Of a stretch of 64,000 bases of DNA, positions 47,119 through 54,219 are shown one piece after another. Below the pieces are notes generated by a model that did not search any database, was not told where the DNA came from, and saw only the letters and a program-made list of their open reading frames with translations. Numbering within the stretch: the stretch's first letter is position 1; each line of letters starts with the position of its first letter. The position numbers and the translations under genes were made by a program. This DNA is from a virus (lineage: Duplodnaviria; Caudoviricetes), in IMG/VR virus record IMGVR_UViG_3300028591_000011, positions 41,736 to 105,735 of that record; one strand, written 5' to 3'.

Positions 47119-47192
47119 TGGACCCTGAGGGGCTTGAACCCACGACCTCTAGATTATGAGTCTATTGCTCTAACCAACTGAGCTAAGGGTCC
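47119..47192 (-). tRNA. tRNA with CAT anticodon, probably tRNA-Ile2 (lysidine) rather than Met
   Basis: GGACCCTTAGCTCAGTTGGTTAGAGCAATAGA-CTCATAA-TCTAGAGGTCGTGGGTTCAAGCCCCTCAGGGTCCA; the body resembles ileX-type tRNAs. Confidence 0.85.
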
Positions 47193-47196
47193 GATT

Positions 47197-47336
47197 GCTC
47201 CCACTTAGGTAGGGAGCACACCCGATCACGCCGCCTCCTTGAGGCCAGTGTAATCAACAACGTTTATGTTGCCAGTTAATTTATATCAAAGCGCTTAATG
47301 TATTTACTTCCGCTGCTGTCTAATACATTCAGGCCC
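47197..47336 (-). ncRNA. ssrA: Permuted tmRNA, coding piece (tag GNINVVDYTGLKEAA)
   Basis: 5' end GGGCCTGAATGTATTAGACAGCAGC; resume context TTAACT-GGC; tag ORF 47273-47226 ends Ala-Ala-TGA; followed by hairpin GCTCCC..GGGAGC. Confidence 0.85.
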
Positions 47337-47498
47337 TTATAGTTCATGAAAGAATGCATTAGCATTACTTTCGTAATCATCACCTCCATAATAACCTTCT
47401 ACAGTACCTAATGGAGATATTGTACCTTTTTTAAGAAGATCTTCAAAAGCTACGGCATCTTTATCGTTTACTTTATATAACACTATATATCCTTTCAT
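47337..47498 (-). CDS. 53-aa protein encoded in the tmRNA intervening segment
   Basis: ATG 47498 to TAA 47339-47337, which abuts G1 of the tmRNA coding piece. Confidence 0.6.
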   Translation of the reverse strand: MKGYIVLYKVNDKDAVAFEDLLKKGTISPLGTVEGYYGGDDYESNANAFFHEL

Positions 47499-47512
47499 GA
47501 TTTTGAATTTTG

Positions 47513-47570
47513 TGGACCTGGAGGGTATGTCTCCCTCGTCCAAACAGCTTACCTCATACACGCTAAGATT
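47513..47570 (-). ncRNA. ssrA: Permuted tmRNA, acceptor piece (5' boundary uncertain)
   Basis: TTAGCGTGTATGAGGTAAGCTGTTTGGAC-GAGGG-AGACATA-CCCTC-CAGGTCC-A. CAGGTCC pairs with GGGCCTG, giving a G3-U70 wobble and discriminator A (Ala identity). Confidence 0.85.
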
Positions 47571-47963
47571 GGAAAAGAATGAGAGGTGGTATTTCCTACT
47601 GATTTATAGAAGGCAATAGAGTGCCATTAACCTTCAACAGCAGCCTCGCCCCAGCACTCTCTGGTCTGACCCACTACGGCTCTTCTCTCATTCTTTATAT
47701 TTTTCTTAGTCCAACAGTTTATTCTGGGACACGCTAAGATTTCTTTAGAGATGAATGCTTGTGACAAATTCTGAATATAACATTGTTAATATTCTATAGC
47801 ATTCAATAGTGAACTCTACAATGATCAGTCGTAGAATTCGATTTAAGGCTATTTACAGGCTCTACAATCGCTTATTACAGCTTTTGTGGTCAGCTAATCC
47901 ACTCAAGTACATAAAAACGATTGTAGAGCTTTATTTGGCCTTCAAAACAAACAGTGATACAAT

Positions 47964-48258
47964 GGCTCTAATAGGCTCTTGTGTATATGTTTCCAGCATT
48001 CTTGATATACTGTGCAGGTTTAACTCTCATATTATTTACCCGGCTCTAATAGGCTCAAACACAGCAATGTGATCTAAATGGGATATAGTTTATTCTCCGT
48101 ATCTTCAGAGCTCGACATCCGAACTGGCTCTAATAGGCTCTTGTTCGACATGTTAATTCATGTGCCCGAGATAACCCCATCTCTCGACTTTAAAATACGT
48201 AATATTCGTAGTCCCTATGGATCCGTGATCTCATTCCTATTGGCTCTAATAGGCTCTT
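47964..48258 (-). repeat. Array of four GAGCCTATTAGAGCC repeats
   Basis: Copies at 47964, 48042, 48126 and 48242; near-identical motif precedes ATGs at 32977, 35001 and 36884. Confidence 0.85.
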
Positions 48259-48292
48259 AAGGATGGATGTCGAATTTATACGTCTGTACGGA

Positions 48293-48769
48293 TTACCAGC
48301 GAGAATCCCACTCATAAGAGTAATAGCCCGGGAAGCCCTCACGCAGCTCGCGTACCTGCTTGTCAAACTTCTCGTTACTCTTGTTTATGGCCTCACGCTC
48401 TTCCTTACAGATCTTCTTCCATTCGGCTTCGTACTCGTTGGGGGTAAGCTTGCTCGAAGTAAGCTTATCCAACAACTCCTTGGAAGCATCCAATGAAGCC
48501 TTCATGGCATGCTCCTCACGACGATTCTTATTGAACAGAAGCTTCTTCTTCAGGTTGATATACCTCGCCATATTCTTACAGCGGCGGTACTCACGAATCT
48601 TCCGTTCTTTCTCTTCCTCCTCGTCCTTGAGGTCGCCGAGTGCGGCAATATCCTCATCAATGAGGTTACCTTTTCGGATCTCTTCCTCTACAGAAAGATC
48701 CTCGTTTACTACTTGAGCCTGTGCTGATACACGCTCCTCGGCTGACTTGTTTTTCTTGTCTTTTCCCAT
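48293..48769 (-). CDS. Hypothetical coiled-coil protein
   Basis: 158-aa charged ORF with ATTATCAAAA leader. Confidence 0.75.
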   Translation of the reverse strand: MGKDKKNKSAEERVSAQAQVVNEDLSVEEEIRKGNLIDEDIAALGDLKDEEEEKERKIREYRRCKNMARYINLKKKLLFNKNRREEHAMKASLDASKELLDKLTSSKLTPNEYEAEWKKICKEEREAINKSNEKFDKQVRELREGFPGYYSYEWDSRW

Positions 48770-48821
48770 AATTTTGATAATGTTTATTGGTTAATACTTG
48801 TGCAATTGATTTGCACGTTGA

Positions 48822-48935
48822 CTATTTGTATTCTTTGTCTAAATCTTTCATCGAATACTTTTCCCGCTTGTATGGAATTGCATTTTTGTGTCGTGCTTTT
48901 TCTTGCGGGGGAATGAAGCGTCTTGTTTTACACAT
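48822..48935 (-). CDS. Small basic hypothetical protein (37 aa)
   Basis: TAATG-coupled to the upstream gene; ends TAG. Confidence 0.45.
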   Translation of the reverse strand: MCKTRRFIPPQEKARHKNAIPYKREKYSMKDLDKEYK

Positions 48936-49417
48936 TATTTTGCATGTATTACCATGTATCCGATTCTAGAGATTGCTTCAAGAATTCTATCGGAGATGCG
49001 ATATTTTGCGCGGATTTCTGTCCTAATGTTCCATGTGGATTTATCAGACAGGATTTTAATGGCGTTTATCATCTCTTCATCTGCTCCAGTAAACGATACC
49101 GATGCTACGTATGCACTAAAATGTGCAACGAATGCATCATATCTAGTACTAGTACCACCTAGCTCTAGATCATCCCAGAATTTTGTAGCAATATAAATAA
49201 TTGCATTTTCTTCTGGTGTATACGAATTCTGAAGTTCTGGAGATGAGAAATGCATTGTTGATAATCTTGCTGCAATCTCTTCTTCGTTTAATGCAATAAC
49301 AGAAGCTTTTGTGTTTGCTTCACCAAATTGCTTCAATACATTTTTTAATTGCTGTATATGGTTGTCATTAGGACATGCACCATGATACAGGATTACTAAC
49401 GCGCGGAGTTCACTCAT
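48935..49417 (-). CDS. Hypothetical protein
   Basis: 160-aa ORF overlapping the upstream gene. Confidence 0.7.
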   Translation of the reverse strand: MSELRALVILYHGACPNDNHIQQLKNVLKQFGEANTKASVIALNEEEIAARLSTMHFSSPELQNSYTPEENAIIYIATKFWDDLELGGTSTRYDAFVAHFSAYVASVSFTGADEEMINAIKILSDKSTWNIRTEIRAKYRISDRILEAISRIGYMVIHAK

Positions 49418-49961
49418 TGTATTCTACTAGTTTTGTTTCTATTCTGTATTTTTTGCCTTCAATAATAGTATCTCGTAGATTTACAGAGAGTGTAGTCTCT
49501 TTAGGTATTTCAACCCTTGTAACACGTGGTCCCTCCAGCACCGTATCCTTCTTTTCAGCTATGTCTATACTTCGTGGGAGAGCTGTATAAATGTCGATAT
49601 TTTTTGTATATTCTGTTACTAAATCTCGTCGCTTTATACTAGGTCCACGCTTTAAACACACTGACGCTACGTTTCTGATAGTTTCATCATCCATTGACAT
49701 GAATACACTGTCAATACGAGCGTTCTCGTTTTTGCATTTCCTATACTGTAGGATTTGCGATGTGGATGTGAACTCAGGGTTGATGATGTGATCTACGTAC
49801 TCGGCGAAGAGTACGGAATCATTCTTGACAGTCTTTTCTGTTGACTGTCCAAATGGCAACAAGTGTCTGTCGCCTTTACATGATGAGCATAAGACGACAC
49901 TCACCATGACCACAAGGAGCAAAACTAAATATGCTCCGATGATTGGAATTTTTCTTTTCAT
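49410..49961 (-). CDS. Putative lipoprotein
   Basis: MKRK, hydrophobic core, then LCSSC lipobox. Confidence 0.7.
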   Translation of the reverse strand: MKRKIPIIGAYLVLLLVVMVSVVLCSSCKGDRHLLPFGQSTEKTVKNDSVLFAEYVDHIINPEFTSTSQILQYRKCKNENARIDSVFMSMDDETIRNVASVCLKRGPSIKRRDLVTEYTKNIDIYTALPRSIDIAEKKDTVLEGPRVTRVEIPKETTLSVNLRDTIIEGKKYRIETKLVEYNE

Positions 49962-50140
49962 TTTGATAATGATTTAAATGTTAATAAATTAATTTATTTT
50001 TATGGGCTAGACCCAAAAGACATTCGTCTTAAAGTGTACTATCTTCGCAGACAATACACTCGTATGCTGTTTTCACGGCCGAACGGAGGAGCAAGTAATT
50101 TCCTTTGAAAACCGATCTTCAGGGACAGCAATAACCCTTG

Positions 50141-50715
50141 TGATTCTTGCAGGACTCGAACCTGCGACCCACAGCTTCCTGCTACTCTATGTTACCATAG
50201 CCAACCCAAGAAACAAATACTACATACTCACCATAATTATGTATGCTGGATTATTTTCAGTAAGTTTCTTTTAACTGTTGTTGTAGTCTGGAATACATCT
50301 TTACCATATTGAAATTCTTGCAAGTAACAGCAACTTTTATATTCACTGGGTGTTTTTAATGACGTTCCCCACCTCGTCACATACATTACCGTAATTTCAA
50401 CTTAGGTATCTCCTATATACTATCTACACATTTATGAGGCTAACTTGTTTTCCCAATCTTGACAAGCATTTGAAGGCATAGTCTCTCAATTTAGCACGGT
50501 ATTATCCTTACACATTATTGGTTAGTGTGCAAATTATAATGTAAGTGCTTAAAGCTAAATGATAACGCTTCCCTTAAATTTGCTTGGGGCACTTATCTTA
50601 CTTACATATTTCAAAGGACTTCCACCGTTTTAGGGAGATTCTACCATGGGATTTCTCGCCATAGCATCCAATTTTCATAGAAGGCTGTTGCTCTATCCAA
50701 CTGAGCTAAAGAACC
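50141..50715 (-). tRNA. tRNA-Arg(TCT) interrupted by a group I intron
   Basis: Exon 1 50715-50679 GGTTCTTTAGCTCAGTTGGATAGAGCAACAGCCTTCT and exon 2 50177-50141 AAGCTGTGGGTCGCAGGTTCGAGTCCTGCAAGAATCA join into a canonical cloverleaf. Confidence 0.9.
50178..50678 (-). mobile_element. Group I self-splicing intron (501 nt, no evident homing endonuclease ORF)
   Basis: 5' splice site after U; terminal G; P-like AAAACGGTGGAAGTCC, Q-like ATAACCGTGCTAAA, R-like GTAGATAGTATATAGG, S-like AAGATGTATTCCAGAC. Confidence 0.85.
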
Positions 50716-50788
50716 AATAACTCCCTACTCGACAAACCCTGTCTATTTCGCGCTGAGGGTGTCCCACCAAACCTCCTCGGGAGTATAT

Positions 50789-51103
50789 TTATCTAATTCG
50801 TAGTGGAAAGCACGACAAATCAGATTTACGCATACATTTTGTACAAGCTTCACTTTTACAATAACCACATGGTCTGAAGTGATTCATTGTTGCACAAAAT
50901 ACACATCTGTGAAATTGTATACATTTGTATCTATATAAAGATCGCATTCTGTATACTTTTCCATCAATCGTGATCAGTCTTCCAGCTGTCCACGTTCTTT
51001 GTTTTTCTTTTGCTTTTCTTCTTCTTACTTTTTTTCTTAAATTTCTTTTTCTACAACCAGTAAGTTTTTTGAAGCAGCAATTTTCTTTATTATAGTTTAT
51101 CAT
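50789..51103 (-). CDS. Small Cys-rich basic protein
   Basis: GRLITIDGKVYR followed by several CxxC motifs. Confidence 0.6.
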   Translation of the reverse strand: MINYNKENCCFKKLTGCRKRNLRKKVRRRKAKEKQRTWTAGRLITIDGKVYRMRSLYRYKCIQFHRCVFCATMNHFRPCGYCKSEACTKCMRKSDLSCFPLRIR

Positions 51104-51126
51104 ATGATTATGAATTTACTATAAAA

Positions 51127-51154
51127 GTTAGAGGTGTTTCACAACACCCCTAAC
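51127..51154 (-). terminator. Intrinsic terminator-like hairpin
   Basis: GTTAGGGGTGTTG..AAACACCTCTAAC followed by TTTT on the minus strand. Confidence 0.5.
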
Positions 51155-51219
51155 CACGATAATCTGTAACCTTAAAAATACGTAATTAAACTTTTATTAA
51201 TCATGTTGAAGATTATCGT

Positions 51220-51660
51220 ATTAGATCCCGCAGTTGCACTTACGGCATACGTTAACAAACAGCATCCTTACGCCAAAAGAGGTGCGACCTCTAGGGCTGT
51301 AGCTACGTGTGTCAGCAGTTTTCTGCGACATATTTCGACACGAGATTTCTGTTTACGACTGCGGGTTGTCCGATCTCACATTTATATACCGTTAAATGGT
51401 TAGTGAGATTAACGGAATGGACGGACTCGTTTTCATACCGATTTCCCTTCGGTACCACAAGGTTGGTTTACAGGTAGAGGACTCTGGCAAAGTCCACATT
51501 TCTATAAACCGTTGCAATTGCACCCTCTCCTCATTGGTTGTTGATCCTGTGGGCTAATTACCTTCACAGTTTACACTACACTCTCCTAAATTAGTTAGAG
51601 AGTTCAACAACTGGCAGGCCTTGAGGTTTCCTACTATCTGGTGAGTTCTATGCAATTATT
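51220..51660 (-). ncRNA. ~440-nt candidate structured RNA
   Basis: ORF-free on the sense strand; stems CCCGCAGT/ACTGCGGG, GGACTTT/AGAGTCC and TACCGA/TCGGTA; interleaved CCGTTAA/TTAACGG and ATCTCAC/GTGAGAT (pseudoknot). Confidence 0.55.
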
Positions 51661-51687
51661 TGGAGTGTGGGACTAAGCCCACACCCC

Positions 51688-51879
51688 TTATACTTTTTGT
51701 AGGATGATACGATCACTGACACAATCTAATTTTTTTGTTTTAGATTTACTGTCCAATATACCCGGACACAAAAAGAATGAATTTTCGAAGAAACATCCTT
51801 CACATCCGCAAATTCGTTTCTTTGCTCTAAGTACAGTACCGTGTATTGTACATAATTGTCCATTCTTTAAGTGCATCAT
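51688..51879 (-). CDS. Small Cys-rich protein
   Basis: GQLCTIHGTVLRAK..CGCEGCFF; similar layout to 50789-51103. Confidence 0.6.
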   Translation of the reverse strand: MMHLKNGQLCTIHGTVLRAKKRICGCEGCFFENSFFLCPGILDSKSKTKKLDCVSDRIILQKV

Positions 51880-52301
51880 AACAGTGGTTGTCTATGTATT
51901 AGACGGTCAATGAATATCCTTACGATCTTTTCTCTCAGTAGCGGTTGCATACCGATGTGTTCAACAGTACACCACGCTTTCTTCCACCCATCTTGGGTGT
52001 AGAACATTACAACTTCAATTTGGTTGTTTAGAAGTTTTTTCCACGCTGGAGTAGCGATATGAGATATCACTATATCTCCGTGGAGTATTCTCTCCATAGC
52101 ATCGTTCGATACGCATACTTGCGCAGTTTTTGGCTTGTATACGTATTTTCTGCCTAGCATAATAACATTTTTTCCTCCAATATATTTTGCATATACATGG
52201 GAGGAATTAGCTACTTCTACTAGCATCCATTCGCCTATTGGTATTCCACTGATTGTCTTTTTGCGTATCAGTGTTCCTTTTGAAAATTCTCGTTTGCTCA
52301 T
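51876..52301 (-). CDS. Hypothetical protein
   Basis: 141-aa ORF with ATGA overlaps. Confidence 0.7.
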   Translation of the reverse strand: MSKREFSKGTLIRKKTISGIPIGEWMLVEVANSSHVYAKYIGGKNVIMLGRKYVYKPKTAQVCVSNDAMERILHGDIVISHIATPAWKKLLNNQIEVVMFYTQDGWKKAWCTVEHIGMQPLLREKIVRIFIDRLIHRQPLL

Positions 52302-52654
52302 TTCCTTTTGTATTTGTTTTTATATCGAACAATTGATGTGATTTGTCCGTTACGGAAACGGATTCCGAGAGATGGTTTGATACCATTTTTCTTACACATA
52401 TCTATATATGTTAAAACAGACTCTGATACAGGAATTAAGTCTGAAATATCATACGTAGAATCTGTGTATACAGCATACAGTTTGATTTTACCCGATTTTG
52501 TCTTTTGTGGGATAATCTTCTGTATACACTCATTGTGACATTTTATTGTATCACATTGAGCTTTACAACAAACAGGCATTGCGAACAGGATTACTAATAA
52601 TATTAACCCTATCCAGAATCCCGGGTCTAGAGGCTTATTGTTTGTAATTGTCAT
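52298..52654 (-). CDS. Secreted/membrane hypothetical protein
   Basis: Hydrophobic N-terminus ending CKAQ (Bacteroidota SPI-like). Confidence 0.7.
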   Translation of the reverse strand: MTITNNKPLDPGFWIGLILLVILFAMPVCCKAQCDTIKCHNECIQKIIPQKTKSGKIKLYAVYTDSTYDISDLIPVSESVLTYIDMCKKNGIKPSLGIRFRNGQITSIVRYKNKYKRK

Positions 52655-52667
52655 TTTGATGATTGTT

Positions 52668-52901
52668 TTAATGAGTCCATATTAGTCTTCCCTCTAACTT
52701 CGTGCCTAGGTCTGTGAGAATGTTCTCTAGTACATTTTGTACAACTTTTGCGCCATTCTCTGTAAGACCTTTTGCCAAGAGCATTGTAGAGTTGCCACTT
52801 TTAAAGTATACTCTACGCTTATCGTTCCCAGCTACGTCCACACGCTTCTTTTTTGGAAGCGGTGGATGTAACTGGTTTTGTTTCTTAACTTTACTGTCCA
52901 T
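52668..52901 (-). CDS. Hypothetical protein
   Basis: 77-aa ORF in the operon. Confidence 0.6.
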   Translation of the reverse strand: MDSKVKKQNQLHPPLPKKKRVDVAGNDKRRVYFKSGNSTMLLAKGLTENGAKVVQNVLENILTDLGTKLEGRLIWTH

Positions 52902-53394
52902 ATATCTGAATGAATGCGGTTAGTAGTTTCTTCATCAGGGTACCAGAGATACTACCAGGTGCAAATCCATTCTTCCAGAAGGCCGTGTAGCTAACACCAA
53001 GAAGTTCATCGTCCTTAAAGTCTTCTAGCCAGGACTTGACGAATTCCATCTCTTCGTCCGTAGCTGATTCGACTACCTGTTTAGCTTCATCAATTGCGGC
53101 TTCTTCTTTAGCCGGAATCTCTAAGTTATTGATGATAGTACATACGTCAGTACAGTTGTCTTCGAAATCACTTAATTCATCAAACGTGACATCTAGACCC
53201 ATCATTCTTGATAAACGCACATCTTCCCCTTCTTCGAGTTGTAGTTGGAAATCTTTGAGTGCTTCTTCTATGCGCGGTCTCAATTCTGGGTGATGCAGCT
53301 TTTCTTTGTCTACGTCTGTGATAATAGCTACTGCTTTGAGCGTGACATTGCTGCCTTTCTCATTTTTTCTTGCGATTTTTACAAATGGTTTCAT
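52891..53394 (-). CDS. Acidic hypothetical protein
   Basis: Start taken at MKPFV after a TTATCAAAA leader. Confidence 0.7.
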   Translation of the reverse strand: MKPFVKIARKNEKGSNVTLKAVAIITDVDKEKLHHPELRPRIEEALKDFQLQLEEGEDVRLSRMMGLDVTFDELSDFEDNCTDVCTIINNLEIPAKEEAAIDEAKQVVESATDEEMEFVKSWLEDFKDDELLGVSYTAFWKNGFAPGSISGTLMKKLLTAFIQIYGQ

Positions 53395-53425
53395 TTTTGA
53401 TAAATGTTTAGTGTTTGACACAAAC

Positions 53426-53659
53426 TTAGCCTATTGTGTCTTTAGGCGTTTTTGTTACAGGTGCATCAGGAATATACACCTTGCGTGAAGAAGTGTCGGA
53501 ACGATTTATGTTCCCAGTATTACAGCAACTATAGTTGCACAAAATAGCAATCACAGCCACTATTATGGCTACAGTACACATATTTATAGTATACTTTAAT
53601 TGCCTAGGAGAAGTGTTGAACAGTTTACTCACATGTTCAGGTGCGAGATGATTACGCAT
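53426..53659 (-). CDS. Small membrane protein
   Basis: One TM segment (CTVAIIVAVIAILC). Confidence 0.55.
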   Translation of the reverse strand: MRNHLAPEHVSKLFNTSPRQLKYTINMCTVAIIVAVIAILCNYSCCNTGNINRSDTSSRKVYIPDAPVTKTPKDTIG

Positions 53660-53858
53660 AATCTACGGGAAGATTAATGACTCGTGTATGACCGGGCCAC
53701 TTGGTTACTTCACGCACATATTTCCTATTCGCTATATTCATTGCATACTTATCATAAGTCATAACCTACAAAAATAATGTTAGAATATAGACGAATGTAA
53801 TCCCTGTAATCATTGCGAAATACAAAGGATGGCGCTGAGAGATTTGATACTTTTTCAT
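53652..53858 (-). CDS. 30-aa TM peptide plus in-frame 36-aa peptide separated by TAG (68 aa if read through)
   Basis: ATG 53858, TAG 53768-53766, in-frame ATG 53762, TAA 53654-53652. Confidence 0.45.
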
Positions 53859-53863
53859 ACTGA

Positions 53864-53968
53864 TTAGTGTTGTAAGATTGCTGCTAACGCTATAAGTGCA
53901 ATCAGCACGAATAGCATACTACATGTTACTAAAGCATACAATATCGCAGCGTATGTCTCTTTTTTCAT
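53864..53968 (-). CDS. Small TM peptide (34 aa)
   Basis: MKKETYAAILYALVTCSMLFVLIALIALAAILQH; ATGA-coupled to the upstream gene. Confidence 0.55.
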   Translation of the reverse strand: MKKETYAAILYALVTCSMLFVLIALIALAAILQH

Positions 53969-54219
53969 ACGTATTCCCATTTTATTTCTAATTCAGGATA
54001 CTGTATTATTTTCTCCCATTGTTCGGGAGTGATAGAAGACTCGTTTAAGAGTAGTGTTCCATAGACATACTTACTTGCATGCCAATCATAATTCATCACT
54101 GAGTCCACAATATTTTTTGCTTCCAACAATGATTTACCTGTAGAATCTTTAATTGCCTTTACAAATTGTAATTTGGTTGGACAATCCAAGATTGCAACAC
54201 GTTTGTGATTCTCGTTCAT
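53965..54219 (-). CDS. Ribosomal protein bL12 (L7/L12) C-terminal-like domain protein
   Basis: KLQFVKAIKDSTGKSLLEAKNIVD matches the bL12 CTD pattern K..V(I)K.(V/I)R..TGL.L.EAK..VD. Confidence 0.7.
   Translation of the reverse strand: MNENHKRVAILDCPTKLQFVKAIKDSTGKSLLEAKNIVDSVMNYDWHASKYVYGTLLLNESSITPEQWEKIIQYPELEIKWEYV

Noticed and set aside
47499-47561. GTG-started N-terminal extension of the 74-aa ORF
   Set aside because: It overlaps the tmRNA acceptor piece; ATG 47498 is the better start.
47964-48258. CRISPR array
   Set aside because: Repeats are only 15-17 nt, spacers are irregular (~60-100 nt), there are no cas genes, and the same motif occurs at gene starts.
50000-50140. Theta (HDV-like) ribozyme after the tRNAs, as reported in recoded gut phages
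   Set aside because: I could not build the nested double pseudoknot here or after the 61077/61154 tRNAs; a CM search is needed.
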